The notes: generated by a model from the letters alone, not told the origin. A stretch of 64,000 nt of DNA from an uncultured Fibrobacterota bacterium (GCA_963753345.1 CAVWBU010000041.1:128001-192000), one strand, 5' to 3'. Positions 43,867 to 53,386 are shown, counted from the stretch's first letter. A program made the numbers and translations.

Positions 43867-46206
43867 ATGAGAAGTGCAAAGAAAATTTATGCGGTCGCGG
43901 CGGCTCTCATGGCGTGCGCCACCGTATTCGGTCAGAGCGGCGACTTTCAGACCAAAGGCCAGGTGATGTCGGGCAACCAGCCGGTCGCAATGGCCACCGT
44001 CACCTACCTCAATATGGCACAACGTCTGTCCTGGGATTTCTCGCTGACAGACGGCACGTTCGGCGGCGCCACGGTGTCGGCAAAGAACCCGCTTCCGCAG
44101 GACGCGACGGTTTTCCTTCCCTCAGAAGGGAACATTGCCATCGACGTCTTCGAGATGAGCGGGAAACTCGCGGGTACGGTGAGCGGCAAACTTGACAAAG
44201 GCACCTACACCCTGCGACCCCTTGCGGGAAAGCTTGCCCAGTCGATGTACATGCTCCGGATCAGGGCGGGCAACACCGTAACGTATCAGAAGATGCTCAA
44301 CGCGGGATTCAACAACGCGGGCTACACCATCTCCCTGTCGACAAAAAGAGAGCCGCTGGTGATGGCGAAGAAGCTTGCCGCCATCGACTCGATCCGCGTG
44401 GGAAAAACCGGCTACACGCCGGTGGTGGTCCCCATCTCCGCATACACCGACAATGTGGGTATCGTAACGCTGACCCCCGTGGACATTGAAGGCGAGGTCA
44501 ACACGGAATTCGCGAAGCTAACCCAACTCCAGAAATACGGCCAGCTTTGCATGCCGCCATTTACCAGTGTGGGCACGGCTGCAGCGGCGAGCAACTTCTG
44601 CGGCAGTATCTTTGGCGGCGGCGGCTGTTTTAACGGCGGGAACACGCCCTCTTCATGCGCCGACCTGTTTGACGGTTACCAGACAGCAGCGATGGGGAAT
44701 TCGTTAAAAATCCCGCTCCTGATGTCGTACGACGCGGTTCACGGCGCCAGCGCTGTTCCGCAGGTGACCTTTTTCCCGCACAATCTGGGTATGGGCGCAA
44801 TCCAGGACACGCTGCTGTTGCAGAAGGCCTTCCGCGTGTGTGCGCTTGAAGTCCGCGGTTCCGGAGCAAACTGGGGCTTTGGACCCTGCATTGCGGTGAT
44901 CCGCGACGACAGATGGGGACGCTCGTACGAAGGGTTCTGCGAAACGCCTGAGCGCACCCAGATCATGGCACGTCATGCAGTACTCGGGTGCCAGCTTACC
45001 GACATGTCCAACCCCATGTCCTATCTTGCCACATGCAAACACTTTGCGGGTGACGGCAACACCGTAAACGGTGTGAACCAGGGTGAGACTGTTGGGCCCG
45101 ATGCAACGGCCCGTGCAATCAATCTGCCTGGATATGCTTCCGCGGTTGCCGCAGGTGTCGGATGCATCATGCCCTCATTTTCAAGCTGGTGCGACGGCAC
45201 TCCGATGCATCAGAACAAGACTCTCTTGACCGGTTGGCTCAAGTCGACCACAGCCGGCCCGGGATTCCAAGGGTTTGTCGTCGGCGACTGGGAAGCAGGC
45301 TGGCCTCTTCCCACCTGCATGGATGCAGGTCTCGACGTGCCAATGGCGCCGGGCACTAACATTGGAATAATAGCTACTAACGATCCCACCAATAACAATA
45401 ATTTTACGAAATTGGATGCTTTGGGCGGGACCTATCCGGCGCGGATCGATGACGCGGTAAAGCGTGTGCTTCGCGTAAAATACTGGATGAACCTGTTCGA
45501 CCCGAAGAATTACATGACCGACCGGAGGCTCACGGCACTTGTCGGATGCGCAGCGCACCGGGACGTGGCCCGCGCATGCGTGAGGGCCTCGTGCGTTCTT
45601 CTCAAGAACGCCGGTCCTGTCATTCCGATTCCCAAGACCGCGAATGTCGCGATATTGGGCCAGGCTGGAAACGATGTCGGTATCCAGTGCGGCGGATGGA
45701 CCGTGAGCTGGCAGGGCCAGCAGGGTGCGATACCCGGCGGCGGCGGCACCACAATCTTGCAGGGTGTCCAGTCGCTCTGCACGGGCACGGTGACCAGTTC
45801 TGGGACTTCCGATTATAATATTGTAGTCCTCAGCGAAAATCCCTATGCGGAAACGAGTTTCCCCAACGTCGCCATAACCGGCAATGACGCGACCGGCACG
45901 AACGCATCAGTCATTACGCAGGCCGCCGCGGCGCATGCCGCCGGGAAAAAGGTCATCGGCATTCTCATTGCCGGAAGGGCGCTTGACATATCGGGAATCC
46001 TTCCCAGCTGCGACGCGTTTATCTGGGCCTGCCTGCCCGGCTCCGAAGGCGGACTCGGCATAGCGCAACTGCTGTTTAAGGACCAGGGATACGCATTCTC
46101 CGGCAAGCTGCAGGTTACGTGGCCCAACAACTCGACCAATGAACCCATCAACGCCGGAGACGGACAAACCGGTTTGTTCGCCTACGGCTTCGGACTCACC
46201 GACTAG
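43867..46206 (+). CDS. Secreted GH3 beta-glucosidase/exo-glucanase with the nested N-terminal module
   Basis: DAVHG, FPHNLGMGA, RWGRSYE, KHFAGDG, GFVVGDW (nucleophile), CGGWTVSWQG, ENPYAE, LPGSEG, FAYGFGL; GGAGG RBS. Confidence 0.93.
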   Translation: MRSAKKIYAVAAALMACATVFGQSGDFQTKGQVMSGNQPVAMATVTYLNMAQRLSWDFSLTDGTFGGATVSAKNPLPQDATVFLPSEGNIAIDVFEMSGKLAGTVSGKLDKGTYTLRPLAGKLAQSMYMLRIRAGNTVTYQKMLNAGFNNAGYTISLSTKREPLVMAKKLAAIDSIRVGKTGYTPVVVPISAYTDNVGIVTLTPVDIEGEVNTEFAKLTQLQKYGQLCMPPFTSVGTAAAASNFCGSIFGGGGCFNGGNTPSSCADLFDGYQTAAMGNSLKIPLLMSYDAVHGASAVPQVTFFPHNLGMGAIQDTLLLQKAFRVCALEVRGSGANWGFGPCIAVIRDDRWGRSYEGFCETPERTQIMARHAVLGCQLTDMSNPMSYLATCKHFAGDGNTVNGVNQGETVGPDATARAINLPGYASAVAAGVGCIMPSFSSWCDGTPMHQNKTLLTGWLKSTTAGPGFQGFVVGDWEAGWPLPTCMDAGLDVPMAPGTNIGIIATNDPTNNNNFTKLDALGGTYPARIDDAVKRVLRVKYWMNLFDPKNYMTDRRLTALVGCAAHRDVARACVRASCVLLKNAGPVIPIPKTANVAILGQAGNDVGIQCGGWTVSWQGQQGAIPGGGGTTILQGVQSLCTGTVTSSGTSDYNIVVLSENPYAETSFPNVAITGNDATGTNASVITQAAAAHAAGKKVIGILIAGRALDISGILPSCDAFIWACLPGSEGGLGIAQLLFKDQGYAFSGKLQVTWPNNSTNEPINAGDGQTGLFAYGFGLTD

Positions 46207-46233
46207 CGTTGTCCGATTTTCCCGCCCTTTCTC

Positions 46234-46270
46234 GCAGCCGCGGAATCCTCTCCGCGGCTGTTTTTTATTT
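46234..46270 (+). terminator. Intrinsic terminator of the GH3 gene
   Basis: CAGCCGCGGA-ATCCTC-TCCGCGGCTG-TTTTTTATTT. Confidence 0.85.
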
Positions 46271-46284
46271 ATAGGTCATGTTTT

Positions 46285-46440
46285 GGTGGGGGAAGTGTCC
46301 CCCTAGGGTGCAGCCTCCTCGGAAAGGTCTTGATTCGTCTGGTTTGTTAACCTTTCCTGCTGAGTCTGCACCCATACCCCCTCGTGGGTAGCCCCCAAGG
46401 AAGTTTAGCGGCGAGAAAAATGCCTCGGTTGGGGGGCACC
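46285..46440 (-). repeat. Structured repeat family B, copy B4
   Basis: Reverse complement GGTGCCCCC-33nt-TTGGGGGCTACCCACGAGGGGGTA..GGGTGCAG..CTGCACCC..AGGGGGACACTTCCCCC. Confidence 0.85.
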
Positions 46441-46447
46441 GAGAAAA

Positions 46448-46668
46448 ATTGTAGATTGCGGAATGCGGATTTTGGATTGAAAAAAGAAAGCAAGAAGTTC
46501 ATTGCGATCGAATCTCCCGAACTCGCACTTAAAGCATTTTGCTCTTCAGCCACATCGTGGCGCAATATTTATAGCCCGGGGCAACGCCCCGGGAATACAA
46601 AAATATCAATGCACAATTCCCCTCTCCACCTGTGGAGAGGGGTGGCCGCGACAGCGGACGGGGTGAGG
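46448..46668. repeat. Cluster of short repeats between B4 and A6
   Basis: Heptamers aattgta gattgcg gaatgcg gattttg (46448-46479, like those at 7618); CCCGGGGC-AAC-GCCCCGGG palindrome (46575-46593); REP of the CCTCACCCC class on the minus strand (46619-46668). Confidence 0.75.
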
Positions 46669-46731
46669 CGACTGTGCACCGCGGGCTTGGCGTAAAAAGA
46701 AGTAATTGACAGAATAGATTCCCTCTGCCGC

Positions 46732-46870
46732 GCGTTAGGTGGACCGGAGGGTGCGCTGGAGCGCATTGCCGTATGACAGCGGCCCGAAGGGCCATCGCGG
46801 CAGGCGGCAACGAGGCCGAATGGCCGAGCCCGGAGGGAGACCGGCCCGAGCGTGGCGAGGGCAACGCCCA
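46732..46870 (-). repeat. Structured repeat family A, copy A6
   Basis: Reverse complement GGGCGTT-GCCC..GGGC-CGG..GGCCCTTCGGGCC..TGCGCTCCAGCGCA..CCTAACGC, then the GCGGCAGAGG..GTCAATTACTTCTT..ACGCCAA tail. Confidence 0.88.
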
Positions 46871-46904
46871 GATTTTTCTTTAGTATTGAATGAAAAGTCT
46901 GTTG

Positions 46905-49900
46905 TTATTGCTGAGCGAGCGCATTTAATCCATTGTTCGCATCGACATTGTTCGGGTCGATCCGCAGCGCTTCCCGATATGCCTCTTCCGACAGCCGGCG
47001 TTCATTTACGCTGCGATAGAGCTCACCCAGGATGCACCAAGCAAAGACATTGCGGGGCTGCAGCTCCACGACCCGGGAAAACTCCATGATCGCAGCGGTG
47101 TCTTGACCTTTTGCGAACAGCGCCATGCCGCGTATGTTATGGCTTCGCGCATGGTTGGGCGCCAGCCGCACCGCCGTATCACACAAGGCAATCGCTTTGC
47201 CGTATGCCTGGGTCTGCATCAGGAATGTGGCGTAATTGTCAAGCGCCGCCAGGCTCCAGGGCGCCCTGGCAACCGCTGTCTGGGCGACCGCGATGGCCTG
47301 GGAAGTTTGACCGCTGCGCTGGAGCGTCCACGAAAGCAGTATCCAGCCGGCGGCCGTGCTCGAGTCCCCGGCGATCATAGCATTGGCAATGACATTGACA
47401 AACGTCGTTGTATCTGCATTGAGCAGGCGCTGAGCCTCCGACAGGTCATTTTCCTCTTCTTCCAACAGCACCTGGTTGCGCGGCACGAACCGGAGCCCTT
47501 TTGAGCAGATCGAAAGCTTCTGCCAGGTGTCTTCCTCGCCGATCGATTGCAGCACGCATGACGTAGCCTCGTCCGCGATGCGCTGGTCGGCAAGCCACCT
47601 GTTTTTCTGCTCAACGGAGAATCCGCTCCAATCGATATGATCATACAGCGAAGCGCTGCGAACCGTGTTTGTAAAAAGCTTGAAGAACGGCCGCAGCGCC
47701 AGCGGCTTCTGATCGATATTGAATTCGATATACGGCTTGTTGTTGGTGTTGCTGTGATAGGTCGTGAGGTACCTGGCAAGATCGGTCCGGTCGGCGATGT
47801 AACAGCTCAGCACATCATGGCTGGTGCGGAAGCGCAGAAAATCGGAGGCGGCCCGAACGGTATCCGCGGCAAGGATCCTGTCGATGTTCGCGGGAGAAAA
47901 GAGGATCTCCTGACGCGAACCGATAAGATAAAAAAAGATATAGGGGCGCGTTACGGGAAACCAGAGCGTTGCGTGGGGGAAGGCGGCCCAAAACGTCCCC
48001 AGGATGCTGTTGAAAGTGCTTTCGGAAATATCCGCCAGGGGCAGCTTGGTCACGAAAAGGCCCCGGGGATTAAGGCGGCTTGAGCAATTTTGGAAATGTT
48101 CTTTTGTAAAGAGCGGCGCGCAGCCGGAATGCGAAGGCAGGTTGGCGTCGTTGATGATCACGTCGTACATCCGGTTTGTCACATGCATATAGTTGAACGC
48201 ATCCATGCTGATAAGCGACAGCGCGGTGTCCTTCCGGTCTCCCAGATTGATATGACGGAAATACCGGGACGCGAGATCGATGAGTTCGGGAGCGATTTCC
48301 ACGCAATCAATTTTTTGCAGGTGATATTGGGAAAGGCACTTCACGGTTTCGCCCGAGCCGAATCCGACCGACAATACCCGGTTCGCACAGGGATGCAGCA
48401 GGACTCCCATATTGCCGAGGATCTGCTGCGCCGAACGGTGGATATCGTCGCCGGCAATGCGTATGCCGTCGGACGTAAGCTCCATCGCGCCGTCCATGGG
48501 CCGCCGTGTGACCGATACGGTTGCGGTAATGCCTTCCCGCACCGCAACAGTTTGCAGACCGGGAATCGCGACAATGCTCTTTACAAATAGATCCGAGGGC
48601 ATCACAATGCCGCAGGCGACAATTGACAGCGAGAGAACGGCAAAAACAATCCGCCCTATGCGGTTGCGGGGCGCGCAGAACACCTGGATACCTGCTGCGC
48701 CGAGAGCAACTCCCAGCAGCCCCAGACCGGTGATCGACCACTGCGCTCCAACCATGGGGATCAGCAGGAACCCGGTGACGATACCGCCGCAAATCGCGCC
48801 GAACGTATTGATGCCGTACACCGAGCCGGTGGTGCGGCCCGCTCCCGGCCCTCGTGTATTCCAGGCCGAAAGCGCCAGAGGAAAGCCGATGCCCATGATG
48901 ATTGCCGGAGGCAGAAACAGGACAAAAGAGAAAAGCAGCGGCCGGGCCAGCACCCAGATGTCGACCAGCGGAAGAAGGACGACGTTTGAAAGATTGAACA
49001 GCGGTCGGAGCCAGCCGACAAGCCAGGGCATAAAAAAGATGCCGCAGATTCCCAGAAACGCCAGGCAGAGCGCGGCACCCAGCGCAGGATTGCGCAGCCG
49101 ACGCGACAGAAAACTGCCGATCCATGCGCCGATGACGTTTCCCAACAGATAAATGGTCAAAACCGCCGAGAAGACATAGGTGAAACCGCCCAGCGGGATA
49201 ACGATGCTTCGCATCCAGACAAGTTCGTAGCCGATGCTGATGCAGCCGCTGGCAAAAAACATCGAGCCGAGCAGCCAACGGCGGCCGTCCGCCGCCGCAG
49301 GGTTGCTCACCGCCTTATGGGCAAGCGCCGGGGCGCCTGCCTGCGGCGAGGCTTCGCTTGCACGCGACAGCAGCCATCCGGTAAGGGCGACCAGCACATT
49401 GACAAATGCGGCGACATACAGCGTGGGTATCACGCCGATTGTCCGCATAAGCACGAACCCGGCCAGAAAACATCCCGCTGCGGCGCCCAGGGTGTTTATC
49501 GCGTAAAGCCGGCCCACGCGGCTGCCGATCTGATCCTCCAGCGTGGTGACGAATCGTCCCAAGAGCGGCAGCGTGCTGCCCATGAGCATGGTCGGCACCA
49601 ACAGAATGGCCGACGACAGGAGCACCTGCACAACAAGCGTGGCCTGCGGCAGCGACTGGAGCCTAACGAAGAGAAATCGGTAGACGCCGTCGGCGGCACC
49701 GAGCGCAACGGGAAGGGCGACGGTGGCCGACGCGACACCGATTTCAAGCAGGGCATAAAGCCATAGCGGCCTCGCGACACGGTCGGCCCTTCGCGACATG
49801 ACAAGCGCCCCCAGCGCCAGCCCCCCCATAAACACCGAAACAACGACGCTCGACGCATAGACCGTATTGCCTAAAGTCAATTTAATGAGCCTGAACCAGA

Positions 49901-50024
49901 CCACTTCATCGATAAGGGAGCACATGCCCGAGCAGAAAAAAATGAGCATGACCCACCGGATACTCGCATCAACAGAGAGCAGGGACGGTTGGTGATCTTT
50001 AAGGGGCAAACCGTTTGCTGTCAT
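46905..50024 (-). CDS. Fused membrane (MFS-like) / spermidine synthase-like SAM-binding protein with C-terminal TPRs
   Basis: FFCSGMCSLIDEVVW, LYAINTLGA, duplicated membrane halves, VGFGSGET, VEIAPE, YDVIIND, TPR-like tail. Confidence 0.85.
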   Translation of the reverse strand: MTANGLPLKDHQPSLLSVDASIRWVMLIFFCSGMCSLIDEVVWFRLIKLTLGNTVYASSVVVSVFMGGLALGALVMSRRADRVARPLWLYALLEIGVASATVALPVALGAADGVYRFLFVRLQSLPQATLVVQVLLSSAILLVPTMLMGSTLPLLGRFVTTLEDQIGSRVGRLYAINTLGAAAGCFLAGFVLMRTIGVIPTLYVAAFVNVLVALTGWLLSRASEASPQAGAPALAHKAVSNPAAADGRRWLLGSMFFASGCISIGYELVWMRSIVIPLGGFTYVFSAVLTIYLLGNVIGAWIGSFLSRRLRNPALGAALCLAFLGICGIFFMPWLVGWLRPLFNLSNVVLLPLVDIWVLARPLLFSFVLFLPPAIIMGIGFPLALSAWNTRGPGAGRTTGSVYGINTFGAICGGIVTGFLLIPMVGAQWSITGLGLLGVALGAAGIQVFCAPRNRIGRIVFAVLSLSIVACGIVMPSDLFVKSIVAIPGLQTVAVREGITATVSVTRRPMDGAMELTSDGIRIAGDDIHRSAQQILGNMGVLLHPCANRVLSVGFGSGETVKCLSQYHLQKIDCVEIAPELIDLASRYFRHINLGDRKDTALSLISMDAFNYMHVTNRMYDVIINDANLPSHSGCAPLFTKEHFQNCSSRLNPRGLFVTKLPLADISESTFNSILGTFWAAFPHATLWFPVTRPYIFFYLIGSRQEILFSPANIDRILAADTVRAASDFLRFRTSHDVLSCYIADRTDLARYLTTYHSNTNNKPYIEFNIDQKPLALRPFFKLFTNTVRSASLYDHIDWSGFSVEQKNRWLADQRIADEATSCVLQSIGEEDTWQKLSICSKGLRFVPRNQVLLEEEENDLSEAQRLLNADTTTFVNVIANAMIAGDSSTAAGWILLSWTLQRSGQTSQAIAVAQTAVARAPWSLAALDNYATFLMQTQAYGKAIALCDTAVRLAPNHARSHNIRGMALFAKGQDTAAIMEFSRVVELQPRNVFAWCILGELYRSVNERRLSEEAYREALRIDPNNVDANNGLNALAQQ

Positions 50025-50078
50025 GGTCGGGCTTTCAAAATGGGAAGCGTCGCGGGCCGGCTTGGTGAAGATGTCGCA

Positions 50079-51203
50079 TCAATCGGCGGCAATTTTCGCC
50101 GCATCGACTTCAATTTCGAAAAGCAGGTTGTCCCTGCACACTTCACTGTGCGTTGTGATCCACGGCAGTGCGGGCAAGGCGGAAGACGCGAGGTAGTGCG
50201 AGAAATCCTCGGCGAAGCCGGGCTGTTTTACATAGGCAATTGCGCGGATCACATTTGACCACGACATCTGCCGGGAGCCAAGCAGCGCCTCCACCACCTT
50301 CATGGTGTGGCGTATCTGCGCACCGATATCGCCTTCGTAAACCGTTTTTCCCTGTTCATCTATGCTTGCGGTGCCCGAGACGATAAGGCGCCGCTCCCGC
50401 GGTGTTGCAATTTCCACGGCCCGCGAAAATGCGCTGCCATACTTGAGGGCCTGGTTCTGGAGCGGAGATATCACGGCTTCCACGCGGGAGTCCGCATGTT
50501 TGAATACGATTGCTTCCGCGCCTGCCACGAGTGCGGCCTCATGGGGGTTCTTCCCGCCTATGCCCGTGCTTGCCGGAAGGACCTTGTCAAAAACGCCGCG
50601 CTCCCGGTAGAAACGGGTTCTTGCCGCGTTGAACGCATCGTACCACTCAAGCAGGTTGTTGTTGTAGAACCATGTGCGCGCGATATTGGTCATGTCCATT
50701 CCCGCGGCGTTAAGGGCCGCTTCGAGCGCCTCCAGGGTCATCTGGGCCTGCCGGCCGGGCATCATCGTCGGAGCATTGGCGTGAATGCCGCCAAGCAGGC
50801 AGTAGCGGCCGAAGGCATCTTCGTAAAGCCGGCCCACAGGCCATGCCCCGAGCATTATTGTTTCGGGATGGACGCCCGCGCCCGTAACGCAGCGCACTGT
50901 TGCGCCCGCGAACGGGCCGCCGCCGCAGGCGGCGCCTTCGACCCAGGTCACGGGAAGGCCGTGCGGCGGCAATGCGGTTTCGAGAGCACGCGCGAATCCG
51001 CTGTATGCCCCGCAGGAACCGAACACGTCGCATTTGACGAATGAAGCGTTGTTCTCTTTGAGCAGATCAACAAGCCGGCCGGCAAACGAGGTCCCGTCTT
51101 CGCCGGCAGCAGGCAGCAGGGTAGTATAACTATTTTTTACGTCGCCGCTGCCGAAAGCAACCGACCGGCCGCCTTCCTCGCGGGCATGAACGCTATCGAT
51201 CAT
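50079..51203 (-). CDS. Tandem Rid/YjgF-fold protein, FkbO/Hyg5 chorismatase-like
   Basis: RTWFY, YDAFNAAR, PASTGIG, SPLQ..YGSAFSRA, VSGTASID, CRDNLLFEIE. Start placed at MIDSVH (ORF track 51236). Confidence 0.75.
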   Translation of the reverse strand: MIDSVHAREEGGRSVAFGSGDVKNSYTTLLPAAGEDGTSFAGRLVDLLKENNASFVKCDVFGSCGAYSGFARALETALPPHGLPVTWVEGAACGGGPFAGATVRCVTGAGVHPETIMLGAWPVGRLYEDAFGRYCLLGGIHANAPTMMPGRQAQMTLEALEAALNAAGMDMTNIARTWFYNNNLLEWYDAFNAARTRFYRERGVFDKVLPASTGIGGKNPHEAALVAGAEAIVFKHADSRVEAVISPLQNQALKYGSAFSRAVEIATPRERRLIVSGTASIDEQGKTVYEGDIGAQIRHTMKVVEALLGSRQMSWSNVIRAIAYVKQPGFAEDFSHYLASSALPALPWITTHSEVCRDNLLFEIEVDAAKIAAD

Positions 51204-51242
51204 GGCTGGTTTCCCGACACCCAAAATACCCGCCAAGGCGTG

Positions 51243-53189
51243 CTAATATTGCAGCGCTTCCTGCTTGGCGATTGTTTTCCTGTTGTTGCGCACCGTTTCA
51301 AGGTTTTTCTTCGTGACGCTGTCCGGATGAAGTTTATATGCCGTCTTCAGTTCTTCCACGGCCTTGCCGACTTCGCCTTTGTCAAGAAGACACTTGGCGT
51401 AATTGGTGTGCGCCTCGTAGTGGTCTTCGTCGTCGATCTTGAGATTGATGGCCGCCCTGAATTCCTCTTCCGCCTCTTCCTTCTTTCCTTTTTGAAACAA
51501 AAGCGCGCCGAGATTGTTGTGCGCGAAATAATTCTTCGGATTGTACTTGATCGCCACCCGCCAGGCGGGGATCGCGCGCTCGAAGTCGCCGGCGAGATGA
51601 AAGGCCTCCGCGATCCGATGGTACGAATACGCGTCGAGGTAGTCTTCACGGATCTTGAGAATTGCGTCGGCGGAGGCATTGACAAATTCCGGAATGTTGG
51701 CGGCACGGTCGTTGCCGGAGAAATTCTCGAGCACCACGGCCGGGCTTGCGTTGCCCTGTTCGTTGATATGCGTGAGAAAGAGCTGGGTGTACGGGCCGTT
51801 TACCTTTGAGGAAAACACCAGCCACCTGCTGTTGGGCGACCAGCTGTGCCACGAATTAAGGATGGACATGTTACAAGCAAGCTCGCGCGCCTCGCCGCCC
51901 TCCGCCGGTATGATGTACAGCTTGGCGTCGGGCTGGAGGAATATGTAATTCCGCGCCTTGCAGAAGGCGATCCATTTTCCGTCGGGAGAATATTTCGCAA
52001 AATAATTGCTCATGCCGTTGTTTGATGCGCCTTTGATCGGCTCGGGAACGCCGCCTTTGCCGTTGTTGAACGGCACGCGGACCAGATCGTATTTGATCAA
52101 CGGTCCCTCGTTCGCGATGAAAGAGTCGGCGTCGGGACCGTTCACCAGGGCGCGGCGCTGGCGGTTGAACACATCGAGGTTGTAGGACTTGTTCCGCACG
52201 AACACCAGGTACTTGCCGTCCGGGCTCCACGTTGCGTTGGTCTGCACGTACTTCCTGTCGTTCGCGCCCGGCAGGACAAACATCGCCTTGGTCTGCCGGT
52301 CGTATATAGAAACCATTCCCTTGACAAAAAAGAACAACTGCGAGAACATGAGGTTGGGACGGTACACGGCGATCGCCTGGTCCTTCACCGTGCCCGCCAC
52401 GAACCTCCCGTCGGGCGACACCTGGTTCAGCAGCCCGAAGGTGGGCTCTTTGTCTTCTCCCGGCATTTTGTAGTTGGACCAGCTTATGATTTTCGACCTG
52501 TCGAGCACGATGTCCTGTTTGACCGGCATGATGGCGTAGGCGCCCTTGTCGTTGCCGCAATCCGCTTCCATTCCCATGGTCTTTGCGTCCCTGGAAAACG
52601 AATGGCAGTTACCGCACACCGGCAGCTTCTGCAGCACGATTTTGGGCCGTTCTTCGGACGAGATTGCGCCGAACCGCCACCGGATGTTGGTGGGGTCCTT
52701 CACCGCCTCCATGAACGGCAGGTTCACTTCGCGGTAGAAAATGGGGGCCTTCACGGAATCGGGCGAAACGGAAAACACCACCTGTCCTCCGGAGAGCGTC
52801 TTCTTCCAGTGCGCCGAGTTGACGCCGCGGAATTCCACGACCACCTGTTTTCCGACCGCGCGCTGTTTGATCTGTTCCCAGCTTTCCTGCGGCACTTTCC
52901 ACGTCTTCTTTTCCGACGAAAACGTGAGCATGTCCCGGTCATTCTGGAATTTGAACGCGATGTGCCATTTGTCCGCGCTCCGCCTTGCATCCTGCCACCT
53001 GAATACCGGGGCCGCGATATCGGGCGGGAACACGGCGCCTTTGAAGGGATACTCAATGGTAATGCCGCTTTTCGCCGCCTCTTGATCGGCGCGCAGCTGC
53101 TGCGTCCGGTAATACACGACTCCGATGAACAGCGCAAGAACGGCAAGCGCCGTAATCAGAATGGAAAGGTAGCGTTGGGAAAGACTCAT
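51243..53189 (-). CDS. Membrane-anchored TolB-like beta-propeller protein with CxxCH and TPRs
   Basis: N-terminal TM; YPFKGAVFPPDIAAP; VCGNCHSF; SPDG repeats; SWHSWSPNSRWLVFSS; NIPEF; TPRs. Confidence 0.8.
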   Translation of the reverse strand: MSLSQRYLSILITALAVLALFIGVVYYRTQQLRADQEAAKSGITIEYPFKGAVFPPDIAAPVFRWQDARRSADKWHIAFKFQNDRDMLTFSSEKKTWKVPQESWEQIKQRAVGKQVVVEFRGVNSAHWKKTLSGGQVVFSVSPDSVKAPIFYREVNLPFMEAVKDPTNIRWRFGAISSEERPKIVLQKLPVCGNCHSFSRDAKTMGMEADCGNDKGAYAIMPVKQDIVLDRSKIISWSNYKMPGEDKEPTFGLLNQVSPDGRFVAGTVKDQAIAVYRPNLMFSQLFFFVKGMVSIYDRQTKAMFVLPGANDRKYVQTNATWSPDGKYLVFVRNKSYNLDVFNRQRRALVNGPDADSFIANEGPLIKYDLVRVPFNNGKGGVPEPIKGASNNGMSNYFAKYSPDGKWIAFCKARNYIFLQPDAKLYIIPAEGGEARELACNMSILNSWHSWSPNSRWLVFSSKVNGPYTQLFLTHINEQGNASPAVVLENFSGNDRAANIPEFVNASADAILKIREDYLDAYSYHRIAEAFHLAGDFERAIPAWRVAIKYNPKNYFAHNNLGALLFQKGKKEEAEEEFRAAINLKIDDEDHYEAHTNYAKCLLDKGEVGKAVEELKTAYKLHPDSVTKKNLETVRNNRKTIAKQEALQY

Positions 53190-53386
53190 GTGACCCCTCC
53201 TGCGCCGGACGGTAGAAAACTATCCCGGCGCGACGAACCGTAACCCTCAAATATACTTCTTCCCTATTTATTACGGCCAGGCAAGGCAAAAAATGCCGGC
53301 CCGATTGTCCCTATTCCCAAATGTATTTTTAGGTTCCGGGGCTCCATAGCGGCTTCCGCAGATTCCCCGGCAACAAGGAACGCTGC

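Noticed and set aside
29810-46440. B repeats as a CRISPR array (33-nt spacer-like loops)
   Set aside because: Copies are dispersed rather than tandem, the flanks are inverted rather than direct repeats, the loops resemble each other, and there are no cas genes.
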